In this document: positions 11,280 through 22,467 of the stretch, piece by piece
How positions within the stretch are numbered: position 1 is the first letter of the stretch
Layout of the letters: every line of letters begins with the position of its first letter
From: Perna viridis
Lineage: Eukaryota
Assembly: GCA_037379345.1 (NCBI GenBank)
Contig: CM074525.1
Coordinates: 24,793,840-24,857,839, forward strand
DNA length: 64,000 bases
Reading direction: 5' to 3'
Notes under the pieces: model-generated
The model's input: the letters and a program-made list of their open reading frames with translations, nothing else
Database searches by the model: none
Told to the model about the DNA's origin: nothing
Program-made: the position numbers and the translations under genes

Positions 11280-12096
11280 TACTTTTACCTGTATATCGTA
11301 TTCTCTATCAATTAAATGAACATGTATGTAATCTTATAAAGTATATTTACCAGTATCTAACCATATATCAATTACATTTACCTGTATGTAACCCTATTAA
11401 ATATATTTACCTGATCTTACCATTTAACAATTATGTATACTAGAATGATACTCTATAAATATAAATTTACATGTTCATTACCACCTATTAAAATTACCTG
11501 TATGTAACCTTATAAAGTACATTTACCAGTATCTAACCATCCATCAATTATATTGACCTGTATGTAACTCTATAAAGTACATTTACCCGTATATTACCAT
11601 TTATCAATTACGTATACCTGAATGTAACCCTATAAAGTAAATTTACCTCTTTCCTACCATCTATCAATTAAATTAACATGTATGTAACCTTAGAAACGAC
11701 GATTTCTTTATATTTTTACCATTTATCGATTATGTTTACCAGTATGTAATCCTATAAAGTACATGTTCTTAAATGTAACCAGGTAAAGAACAGTAACTAG
11801 TATGTTACCTCATAAACTAGGTATACATGTATCTTACCATCTATCAATTAAATTTACCTGTATTTAACCGTAACCAGTACATTTACCTGTATGTTACCTT
11901 TTATCGTATGTTTATCAGTATCTTACTTTTTATCGTATGTTTATCTGTATGTTACCTTTTATCGTAGGTTTACCTGTATGTTACCTTTTATCGTGTGTTT
12001 ATATGTATGTTAATGTTACCTTTTACCGTATGTTTATCTGTATGTTACCTTTTTATCGTATGTTTACCTGTATGTTACGTTTTATCGTATGTATAC
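11280..12096 (-). repeat. Degenerate about 30/60-bp tandem array rich in CAGGTAAA, next to the exon 9 donor
   Basis: Plus-strand units tttacctgtatgttaccttttatcgtatg and atttacctgtatgtaaccttataaagtac. Confidence 0.8.
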
Positions 12097-12243
12097 CTGG
12101 ATGGACAGCAACAAGACATTCACAGGTAGGACAACCATCAGTTCCACATTTGTATCCCAGAGAACATTTACTAGGACAGGAGAATGTAGCAGAGCATGTC
12201 ACTTGTTTCTGTACAACTTCTACGACCTTGGTCAAACCCACGA
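12097..12243 (-). CDS. Exon 9, antistasin-like module with extra Cys (CSATFSCPSKCSLGYKCGTDGCPTCEC)
   Basis: ttgcag acceptor, G|GTATAC donor, 147 nt; overlaps ORF 12053..12241. Confidence 0.88.
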
Positions 12244-12744
12244 CTGCAATATATAAAAATACAAACAGACTAGCGAATAATGGTCAACTTCTACAACTCT
12301 ATTCAAACTAACGATTACAATATATAAAAACAAACATTAGCAAACGAATGGACGGACAACTTCTACAACCTTTGAGAAAAAACAACAATATATGGTAGAC
12401 ATAACAATAACAAACAGTTGATGATTTATTTCTGCTGCAATAAACCAAAAACAACAAAATATAAACTAATAAAACAGATAAAAACACTAACAGACGGACG
12501 GACATACAACCTTTAATTATCCAATGGCTACAAAATATGTCCAAGAAATAAAATAACAAACAATCATTTCTGCAATTGTACAAATAAAATATGTGTTAGC
12601 TTAAAGGACGGAAACATATATATTGTAAAATTTACGATAGTAAACTGACGAACATTTGACAACTTTGCTACAAATTTAGCAAAACAAATTTTAGCGGTAG
12701 AAGGTAGCGATGTTCCCATATGCTAGTTTAACCATCGGTATGTA

Positions 12745-12902
12745 CTTGGGTTTGATACAGTCACATCTAGTACGTACCTTGTGGGTTGATACAGTCACAT
12801 CCAGTACGTACCTTGTGGTTTGATACAGTCACATCCAGTACGTACCTTATGGGTTGATACAGTCATATCAAGTACGTACCTTGTGGTTTGATACAGTCAC
12901 AT
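12745..12902 (-). repeat. About 34-bp x 4-5 repeat of the exon 8 3' end plus donor
   Basis: ATGTGACTGTATCAAACCACAAG|GTACGTACT reiterated. Confidence 0.9.
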
Positions 12903-12999
12903 GTTGGACATCCATCAGTCCCACACTTGTAACCCACATTACATCCAGATGAACATTTGAGAGAACTAGAACAAGTCAGCTGCATAACCACAACTTTTG
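12880..12999 (-). CDS. Exon 8, antistasin-like module with extra Cys (CSSSLKCSSGCNVGYKCGTDGCPTCDC)
   Basis: ttccag acceptor, G|GTACGT donor, 120 nt, phase 1-1. Confidence 0.88.
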
Positions 13000-13039
13000 C
13001 TGGAATTTAAGAAAATATTAAAGTTATTCTTCTTTTCTC

Positions 13040-14439
13040 TATATCTTCCTCCACTTACTGGAGTACACCAATACTGCAGCTGGTTCAAAATCTAATCATC
13101 TCATTATTAACAAGCAGGAACAGTTAAACTTTAGAACGATTGTTCTATACTCACAACTGTCAAAGAGGGTCTGCAGTTCTACCACAACACTTGTTACTCC
13201 AGTAGTGGTATTAATTCAATGTGGATCCTGAAAAATTCGAAAGATCTTTTGGAGACAATCAGTTCAAGACTATTATCTGAATATAATAACATTAAACCCT
13301 ATGATTATTCAACACTGTATACTTCTATTCCCCATACTCAGTTAAAATCCCGACTTAAAAACATTATACATCGTTGTTTTTCCATAAAAGATGGTACCCC
13401 TAGATACAAATATATAGTTCTTGGTAAAGATTCCTCATACTCTGTAAGAAATAATTCCAAATCATCTTCCAAATATACAGAGGAAGATGTTTACAAAATG
13501 CTGGAATTTTTAATCGACAACATATTTATCCAGTGTGGTGGACGTGTTTTTCAACAAACGGTCGGCATTCCAATGGGAACACATTGTGCTCCTTTACTTG
13601 CTGACCTATTCCTTCACTCTCTCTTATGAGGCTGACTTTATAGCTGATCTGATCAGAAAGAAAGAATATCGTTAGGCTAGATCCTTCAATCTCAGTTTAC
13701 GCTATACAGATGATGTATTATCTTTAAACAATCTTAATTTCGGGGATTTGATACATCGCATCTACCAAAAAGTACTTGAGATAAAGGATACTACAGCCTC
13801 ATTTCTTGACCTACACTTGGAAATCGATGGTGAAGGAAAACTATTGACCAAACTTTACGACAAACGTGATAACTTTTCATTCAGAATTGTCAAGTTTCCT
13901 TTCATCTGTGGCAACATCCCTTCAGCACCTGCGTATGGAGTGTTCATATCACAACTCATATGTTATGCCAGAGCTTGCCGAAAATACGCAGACTTTTTGT
14001 ATCGCGCTAGAACTCTACCAAATAGGCTTCTGGAACAGCGTTATGTTGCTACAAGATTGAAATCATCACTACAGAAGTTTTATGGTCGCCATCATGAACT
14101 CGTGGAACGTTATGGTGTATCCACCTGCACCATGGAAACTGATTTATTCAACGGGTCATAGTTTCCTTTTCCTCGTTTGTCTACCCTGGACTTGACTTTT
14201 GATAAGCAACTCGGCGGGTGTTTCTAGAAAAGCAGAGGACGCTTACCCTACTGGTGCACCTGGTCCATGCTCCCGGTTTTTTGTGGAGACCGAGTTGCTC
14301 ATTTCTTTTGTTGCTTTGTGTGTACGATTTTAGTTGCTTTGTGTTCTTTGTTATGTGTGTCTGTTTTCCATGACTGGTCTTTGTCCCTGGATTACATTCT
14401 TTTGATTACTGCTATAACCTTGGTTCCCTTGATTACTCT
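13040..14439 (+). mobile_element. Penelope-like retroelement (Naiad-type, RT at C-terminus), 5'-truncated and decayed
   Basis: MWILKNSKDLL, YDYSTLYTSIPH, GIPMGTHCAPLLADLFL, RYTDD, YGVFISQL, KFYGRH motifs. Frameshift near 13620 and an internal TAG. The ORF ends without a GIY-YIG domain. The 3' end ...GGTTCCCTTGATTACTCT is shared with many copies. Confidence 0.88.
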
Positions 14440-15075
14440 TGCAGAATTAAAATGCACATGTTCATTATTAAAATGTTGCTTTTTATCATTTACGTAGTGT
14501 TGTTCTCACACATAGATCTTACATAGATACAGATTGTCTCTCCATAAATGTTTTCTTTCAACTAGAGAGAAAAAGATTGCGCTCTTGATGGCTGGAATGT
14601 ATAAGTATAGCGTGAAACATTCACACTAACTTAATTTAGTTAAAGTCATTTAGTTAATTATGAATTGAAGTTCCTGGTTTTTTTTTTATGAACAGAAAGT
14701 ATAGCGCGGTACAACCACACTGACTAGTGTAGGGCGAAACAATCACAGGATTACAGCTTATCATAGTTACACCATTATTCTTCAGTTGTAAGGTTAATCT
14801 TATGAGAATAATTCTTAGAGTGAAATATTAATAGGTATAGCGCAGCACAACTACACTGATCTAATTGTCTCTAATCATTTAAGAGGGATACTTTTTTGAA
14901 GTGTAACCTATAAGACATATTTCTACTTTCCTCCTCTAACTGGCTAAGTATAAAATTATTCTGAAGTAGAATATCCATGAGAGCTAATTGTTGACAATCT
15001 AATATCAATTGCACTATAACTGTTCTATCTCTAAATTGCAGTCCCAAACTTTGTGAACCATCTTTGTCAATAACA

Positions 15076-15280
15076 TGGACGCTTACCATACCGGTGCACC
15101 TGGTCCACGATCCTCGTTTTTAGTGGAGTCCGAGTTGCTCATTTACTTTGGTTACTTTGTATGTATGATTTTAGTTACTTTATGTTCTTTATTGTGTATG
15201 TCTGTTTTCCTTGTCTGGTCTTTGTCCCTGGAATACATACTTTTGATTACCGCTATAACCTTGGTTCCCTTGATTACTTT
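15076..15280 (+). mobile_element. Penelope-like 3' end fragment
   Basis: Matches 14236-14439. Confidence 0.82.
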
Positions 15281-15901
15281 TTCTTTATATTATTATGAGA
15301 TTCCATCCTTAAATATTCAAGAGCTGGACATCGTGTCATAAAATGTACTTCCTCTTCCGGGATGGGCAGGTTGCATCTATATTTCTATTCGAGAATCGTG
15401 CTCTTAGTGATTGTAAAATATATGTAGCTATAAGACTTAGTAATCTTTCTTTTTGTTGTTGCTTCTCCAATTTCGTCAATGTTAAGATATAAGTTAGCCC
15501 AAATGGAATGAGTATTTCCAATATGCAGACCGGGGATACATAAAAATTTCAGTGTCGATTTACCTTTGGCCTCTCTTTGCAGATTCATATTCCGGAACTT
15601 ATTTATGGTTTCTCTGACCTGGTGTTTCTACATTAATTTTGATGGCAATTGATCCTTCAGTATAGAGAGAGGTGGGAAATAAGTTTGTCATTCGATTTAG
15701 AATGGTAAGCTCATGTGATTGCACAAGGCATTGTCTTTCTAATGCTGACTTCGGGTTGTCATTATTTAATGAAAAATGGAAAAGAACAGACTTGGGATTC
15801 TTTTATGGATTTATCCTTTATGGGTACTGTCCCAACTGGTAAATAGACTGCAGGAATTTCTATTCTAGTCGGTAATGCTTGGATTTGTCTCAATAAGTTA
15901 T

Positions 15902-17555
15902 GCCTAGGTCACACATTCACGGATTGCATCGCCGGTTCTACTACGGATTAAATTTCACGGATGACATAGGAAAAACCGACTGGCGTTGTTCGATACGGAT
16001 CCAGTATGATTAAAGGACGGTGGAACTACGAATTTGGAAGGACCCACCAAGGACAATTCGGTAAAATGGCTATAATTGATACGGAATGACACGGTACAAT
16101 ACGGTCATAACACGGTTTAATACGGATGGATGTGCCAGTACGTATTCGCTACGGTAAAACAACGTGTTGCTACGGTATAGGTAAGGGTTACTACGGAAAA
16201 CCATGGTCATATGATTTACGGAACACCTGGCAGAGGTAATGCAGCTGGCATGCCAAATAATCCTCTTTCAATAGTTTCCTTCAAATAACATTGATTCCAG
16301 ATCTGAGCGTCAGAACACCCACCTTGTGCACCAATATTCACCCATCGAAATTTGTATATGTAATCGTCGTCGACGAGAGCCGTCTGAACTACTGAATGAT
16401 ATCCTTTGTAGTTGTAGTACAGGTAACCTCCCTTCGGAGGACACCGTATGGCTACATGTTTGCCATCCAGAGCACCAAGTGTCTGGGGAAACTGCCATCT
16501 CGCTTGAAACTGCTCAGCTATAGTCTGCCATTGTTAAGGCTCAGTAGGGGTCTGGATAATGTTCTCCTCATATATTGAAACTATAGCCTTGTATATATTT
16601 CGAACAATACCACTTATTGTGTTGTGAGCAACCTAAAAACCATACATCCATGTTCGGTAACTGTCCTTTGTAGCCAAATATCTCAATGTGATCGCTAGTC
16701 TCAATCCAGGATCAATGGGCTGTCTATACCAGGTGTTCTTCTTAGTAATCCTAGGACCTATGACTAGAAGAAGTTCCTGAAACATCTGTGGGTCTACCCT
16801 CACAAAGTTCTTAAATGACGCTGGATTTTCTAATCTAAGTTCAGTCATTAGGGCCTCATACTGCCCATGGATAGGCCTACGGAGAAGCCAATCCCTGTTA
16901 CATCACCTTCTCTGCCTCCAGTCCTCCCCCATATGTGTCATCAAGAAGCTCAATCATTGCTCTTGCAATTCGAGTCATATCAATATCAAGACCAAGCCAA
17001 TTAACTGCAAATATGAGTTGTTGATGGTTCATTTACGACTGAAAAAACGAAAACTTCATCTTTAGTACTACATGTGCAGGGTATTTATACAAAATTCTAG
17101 AGTCTTTTTGATGTCAGTTTGGTGGCGGTTTGATGCCTGCCATTGTTGTCATATTCTTATGGCAGTGCTCCTTTGAACCGTTATAATCCGTTTTTTGTCG
17201 GGATGCAACGTAGTACACACGTAGAAAACCGTAACAAATCCTTGGAAAACCTTTCTGATCCTTATCAATCCGTAATTGCACGTAATGGGGTCGTACCTTT
17301 CCGTATACATTCGTAGAACACCGTACTCTATCCTTAGCAATAACGAAGTGCAACCGTGCTAGTACGTGGTCATTCGTAAGTAACCGTACAAGTTCTTGAT
17401 AATTACTAATCCTCGAATTAGTAGAGGTAAATACGGTTTTAATAGGGATTAAAACGGGTCAGTACGAGCTTGTACGGTTAAGTAGAGTTGTGATACGTTT
17501 ATTTCATCCGTGCTAAAATTTTGAACGTATCCAAGATGAAAATCACGGTTTTATC
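15902..17555 (-). mobile_element. PIF/Harbinger DNA transposon, internally deleted
   Basis: Transposase remnant flanked by ACGG-rich (15915-16220) and CCGT-rich (17170-17510) subterminal arrays in opposite orientation; right TIR not found. Confidence 0.75.
16222..17032 (-). pseudogene. Harbinger/HARBI1-like DDE transposase remnant
   Basis: FKNFVRV, RLAITLRYLAT, WQFPQTLGALDGKHVAIRCP, YYNYKGYHS, GGCSDAQIW motifs; several in-frame stops; truncated before the remaining catalytic region. Confidence 0.88.
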
Positions 17556-17604
17556 TCTTGATCAGATAGGGGTAAAACTTCTAAGCTGCACAACTATATT
17601 TCAA

Positions 17605-17887
17605 TATAATTTAATTTCAGAACCAACACGCTTTCTGATTGGAAAACAAATTTTGTTCATCATCTCATAGACTAAATTTTGTATAAGACTGTGACGTCAT
17701 CATTTTTTTCAATGATTTACTCGTTGAATTTTGACACTAAAATTAAAAATTATGAAGAATGACTGTTATATTTTTAATGCCCGTGGTGCACACTTGACAA
17801 TAACCTGCTAAGCAGGTTATTTAATGTGCACCACGTGATTGAGGCTATTTCTTCGAAGACCGGAAATATATAACAGTCATTCCTTAA
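17605..17887 (+). repeat. Interspersed repeat; second diverged copy at about 22912-23070
   Basis: Shared aatttcagaa..aaca.gc.ttctgattgg...tgacgtcat...aatgattta.tcgttg...acag.catcctt. Confidence 0.55.
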
Positions 17888-18166
17888 ACAGCTTTAGCCA
17901 CTTTTTATAGAATGTACCTGGTCATTCGTCCGGACTGTCATGACAGGATTGTCTAACTTTGCACGTCGATAATTAACGACAAACAGTGTTTAATCGGTTT
18001 TAAAAAATAGAAACAGTAAAATCTAAAAATGTAGATTTCCAAATAAACATTTTTACTCCAGCGGCAGCTGAAAAAAATAGAATATTTTCGTGCTTGTGTG
18101 AAAAAAAAAGATTTCCTTACTCAACAGGGAATCCCAGCCCTCGATAATAAAATTATCTGTACTTAC

Positions 18167-18304
18167 GAACGATACATGTGCATTCTTGACAACCATTAGA
18201 TTTAGTAGCTCCGAGTTGGTATCCGTTTTTACACGTCAGCATACACATTACTGTGGACATACAACTCATCTTCGCGGGTGCTTTTGTTGGAGCTGGAGTC
18301 GGTT
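18167..18304 (-). CDS. Exon 7, antistasin-like module (CMSTVMCMLTCKNGYQLGATKSNGCQECTC)
   Basis: CAG acceptor, GTAAGT donor, 138 nt, phase 1-1. Confidence 0.88.
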
Positions 18305-18307
18305 CTG

Positions 18308-18505
18308 AGAGTAATCAAGGGAACCAAGGTTATAGCAGTAATCAAAGAATGTAATCCAGGGACAAAGACCATGCATGGAAAACAGACATACACAACAAAG
18401 AACATAATGTAACTAAAATCATACATACAAAGTAACAAATGCAAATGAGCAACTCGGGCTACACTAAAAACTGGGAGCATGGACCAAGTGCACCGGTAGG
18501 GTAAG
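18308..18505 (-). mobile_element. Penelope-like 3' end fragment abutting a splice acceptor
   Basis: Reverse complement of about 14240-14439. Confidence 0.85.
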
Positions 18506-18690
18506 AAGATATCTAAAAGGTCACTATCTACGAGAATTTTTTCTTTAATTCTTATATACACGTTTAACTCGTATTCAAAGGTTCCAAGTTAGTTTGTTGC
18601 TTGACAATATAGATTTTCAAATGACTCGTAGACACTAGGCTTGTCTGCTAAACATTTTTTACAGCTCAATAAAAATACAGTGTTACCTAC

Positions 18691-18843
18691 CTGGAGCACA
18701 TGAGCATGTGTTACATCCATCACGTCCTTTTGCCCCGAGAACATAACGAGATTTGCAGGTCATCATGCACAATTTGGTTCCGGTGCACGACGCTTGTTTC
18801 TGTTGAACTACATATGTCACGTGAGTCTGTGGCTTCGCTACGT
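18691..18843 (-). CDS. Exon 6, antistasin-like module (CTGTKLCMMTCKSRYVLGAKGRDGCNTCSC)
   Basis: Open 153-nt exon, G|GTAGGT donor, paralogous to exon 5. Confidence 0.88.
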
Positions 18844-18963
18844 CTTAACAAAAATGGAATTTGAAAGTATAACTAAGTTTTGAAGTAAGTCCAATTTATA
18901 AAATATAATCAAAGAAGTGTGTTTCATGTATCATTGGGGTAACGCATGATGATGTGACCGATT

Positions 18964-19390
18964 GCCCCGTGCAGGTCCGGGTGTCAAAGGAATAGGCCTA
19001 CAGCAGCGCAAAGCTTGTCGTAACTGGGATGTGTGCCCCAGGTGGTGGAATGGGGGACCCCTGGCGTGTTACATGCTGGGGTTGTCAGGCTATAATACGG
19101 AAAACCTGACCGCAAACCATAGTGGTGCACCGTGTTCGGAAAGATGCCACGTTCCTCGCGCGTTATAGAACCCTGCTGTGGTATACGATGGGAGAAGGAA
19201 CCTTTGCGCTTCGCTAAATTGCCCGACCCTACCCATCGCCCCCCTTTTTCTAGTGGCAATCAAAATTTGTCGACCCTGTTGTCCTTGTGTCCCATCCCTC
19301 GTTTTCATTTCATCATCATTTATGTTCATTTTATCACCCATTTCATTGCCTGGATATAGCTGAAATATTGCTGCTCGGGCGTTAAACCCC

Positions 19391-19424
<34 letters not shown>
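18964..19424 (+). mobile_element. SINE-like non-autonomous retroposon, copy 1 (internal deletion, (CAAT)n tail)
   Basis: Similar to copies 2 and 3; ends ...ctgaaatattgctgctcgggcgttaaaccccaa(caat)n. Confidence 0.85.
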
Positions 19425-19878
19425 TAAGCAATGTTTGTTAAAAAGAAGTCATTAATAGAACAGAAAGTGATACCCTACCAAGTTATCATCCCGAAACCAT
19501 CGGGTTGGACGGAGGGACGGACGGACACGCAACTTTTCGAAGTGTATCACATGATACTTCGCCACTTCGTGTGGCGAGGTATAAAATCAGAAAATAGAAT
19601 CAACTTTTAAATGACAATCGTCCCTTATTCGTCGTCTCGTCATTGTGGGCGTGGTTATAATGTAGACAACTAATCAAAAGTCCTTGAACAATTATAATTT
19701 GCAACGAAAGTTAATGTCAAGGAAAATGCTAAGATGAACTGATTAACTCAAATACGTTGTTGGGTTTCCGCTCTGTTTTCTTTGCTACATCTAGGTTTAT
19801 TTATACTGGTTTAAATGAGAAAAGGTGGCCTACTGATACCACAGGATCTAAGTCAGAAATTAAGTCAGATAGGAATAT

Positions 19879-21090
19879 AAAGTGCTGTAAAGACCAGCAT
19901 TACATCGTGATACCTAACGTTTGTTTAGGAAGTAAAGTGGTGTAAAGACCAGCATTACATCGTGATACCTAACGCTTGTTTAGGAAGTAAAGTGGTGTAA
20001 AGACCAGCATTACATCGTGATACCTAACGCTTGTTTAGGAAGTAAAGTGCTGTAAAGACCAGCATTACATCGTGATACCTAACGCTTGTTTAGGAAGTAA
20101 AGTGCTGTAAAGACCAGCATTACATCGTGATACCTAACGCTTGTTTAGGAAGTAAAGTGCTGTAAAGACCAGCATTACATCGTGATACCTAACGTTTGTT
20201 TAGGAAGTAAAGTGGTGTAAAGACCAGCATTACATCGTGATACCTAACGCTTGTTTAGGAAGTAAAGTGGTGTAAAGACCAGCATTACATCGTGATACCT
20301 AACGCTTGTTTAGGAAGTAAAGTGGTGTAAAGACCAGCATTACATCGTGATACCTAACGCTTGTTTAGGAAGTAAAGTGGTGTAAAGACCAGCATTACAT
20401 CGTGATACCTAACGCTTGTTTAGGAAGTAAAGTGCTGTAAAGACCAGCATTACATCGTGATACCTAACGCTTGTTTAGGAAGTAAAGTGCTGTAAAGACC
20501 AGCATTACATCGTGATACCTAACGCTTGTTTAGGAAGTAAAGTGCTGTAAAGACCAGCATTACATCGTGATACCTAACGCTTGTTTAGGAAGTAAAGTGG
20601 TGTAAAGACCAGCATTACATCGTGATACCTAACGTTTAGGAAGTAAAGTGGTGTAAAGACCAGCATTACATCGTGATACCTAACGCTTGTTTAGGAAGTA
20701 AAGTGCTGTAAAGACCAGCATTACATCGTGATACCTAACGCTTGTTTAGGAAGTAAAGTGCTATAAAGACCAGCATTACATCGTGATACCTAACGCTTGT
20801 TTAGGAAGTAAAGTGCTGTAAAGACCAGCATTACATCGTGATACCTAACGCTTGTTTAGGAAGTAAAGTGCTGTAAAGACCAGCATTACATCGTGATACC
20901 TAACGCTTGTTTAGGAAGTAAAGTGCTGTAAAGACCAGCATTACATCGTGATACCTAACGCTTGTTTAGGAAGTAAAGTGGTGTAAAGACCAGCATTACA
21001 TCGTGATACCTAACGTTTGTTTAGGAAGTAAAGTGGTGTAAAGACCAGCATTACATCGTGATACCTAACGCTTGTTTAGGAAGTAAAGTG
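19879..21090. repeat. 55-bp minisatellite, about 22 near-identical copies (intronic)
   Basis: aaagtgctgtaaagaccagcattacatcgtgatacctaacgcttgtttaggaagt. Confidence 0.97.
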
Positions 21091-21192
21091 ACATAAAGAA
21101 ATTGAGGCGACTGATGGAGTTTGAAACACATTCAAATTCAAGCCAAAACAAACTTTTGTCAGACGCTCAATGAATTTAATATGATAACTTAC

Positions 21193-21340
21193 ATGATGAA
21201 TGCGAGCTAACTTGAGTCATGTGACTTGTCTTACACGTACAACTTTTACATCCGTTTCTGCCAACTTGCCCTAGAGAGTAACGTCCCTTACATGTCTGCA
21301 TACAAAGTTTCGTACCAGGGCACTGACTTAACGGCTTAGC
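21193..21340 (-). CDS. Exon 5, antistasin-like module (CPGTKLCMQTCKGRYSLGQVGRNGCKSCTC)
   Basis: tttttcag acceptor, GTAAGT donor, 148 nt, phase 0 to 1. Confidence 0.88.
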
Positions 21341-21360
21341 CTGAAAAATAAAAAAATCAA

Positions 21361-21605
21361 AGCGTTCTCTGCTTTTCTAGGAACACCAGCCGAGCTGCTC
21401 ATAAAAAGTCAAGTTCGGGGTAGACGAAAGAGGAAAGGAAAACTATGACACGTTAATTGAACAACTCATGGTGCAAATGGATACACCGTAACTATCCACG
21501 AGTTCATGAAGGTGAACATAAAACTGTATTGGTGGCTTAAAACATGTAGCACCATAACCCTGTTCCAGAAGCCTAATTGTAAGAAGTCTAGCGCGGTGCA
21601 AAGGT
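21361..21605 (-). mobile_element. Penelope-like RT C-terminal fragment
   Basis: RARLLTIRLLEQGY...HELVDSYGVSICTM; matches 14000-14245. Confidence 0.8.
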
Positions 21606-21785
21606 ACATTACAATGGTCGACATCCAACACAGAGAACACATCAAACGCATCTATTGATTATTAGCACATATCGGCTCGCCATATTGGCGAATACATGTA
21701 TGATAGGTCCAGGATATGCAAATCCTAATTCAAATATTGACTTACAAAACAAATCAATCAGCAGTCACTCCGTCAACAAACTTAC

Positions 21786-21844
21786 TTTCACGGCTCCAAA
21801 TCCCGACATCGATCCTGGTACAAATCCTCCACCACCCATATGAA
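21786..21844 (-). CDS. Exon 4 (HMGGGGFVPGSMSGFGAVK)
   Basis: ttttgtag acceptor, GTAAGT donor, phase 1 to 0, matching the phase-0 start of the next exon. Confidence 0.8.
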
Positions 21845-22428
21845 CTACAAAATTATAGATGATTAAATGCACAGCAAAAGGGAGACAACGCTTCATGCAT
21901 CCTGTTGGTACGTTTTACAGGTTGTATTGCTGTGATCAGAACTGTCTATGAAGGTATACGTTTTCATTGTTTTTCTTGTACAAACTGTTTATTTATTATT
22001 GTACGGGCGGTACCAGTTTTTCGGCCCAACCGAAAAGGGAATTCCCCATTGGTATACTTTAGGGATACAATTTGACTTATTTTTCTTGCACTATAAATAT
22101 TGCTATCCACCAGTTACAGTACTTTTACAGTATATATAATTCACATTAGTAAAGTTTTTTTTGCCTCGAAGGTTTGCGGCTAGAAAAATCCAGAACAAAA
22201 ACTCCAAGCTCCAAAACAGCGTCTGACTTTCGAATTTCACTATAAACGGTGCAGAAAATGTAAGAAATTTACGCGACGTTTATCCGATTTGATTTGAATA
22301 ATGTCCGAGAATCTCGGAAGGCCTGTCTGCAGTGGTTAGTAAGATCGAAAACGAACGAGTGTCGTGGAGCTTGCAAAAACTGATCCTGACTCCCCACTTT
22401 AAACTAAAAACGATCACTTCTCACTTAC

Positions 22429-22467
22429 CTTGTGGCATACCATGGTAACCCCCTGGATGAAAATTTA
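22429..22467 (-). CDS. Exon 3 (NFHPGGYHGMPQ)
   Basis: ctttctatttcag acceptor, G|GTAAGT donor, 39 nt, phase 1-1. Confidence 0.75.

Noticed and set aside
13040-14161. Selenocysteine recoding as described for some clam Naiads
   Set aside because: Cys positions use TGT/TGC; the disruptions seen are a frameshift and TAG, not in-frame TGA
14161-14439. Hammerhead ribozyme in the Penelope-like terminal region
   Set aside because: No CTGANGA...GAAA core with supporting stems found by eye
19756-19790. Possible small exon (YVAKKTERKPNN) resembling the start of exon 6
   Set aside because: Weak GTATTT donor ends in phase 0, incompatible with the phase-1 acceptor at 18843; not included without transcript evidence
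19879-21090. Regular arrays (also 52980-54245 and 60132-61406) as CRISPR
   Set aside because: No unique spacers, no cas genes, eukaryotic intronic context
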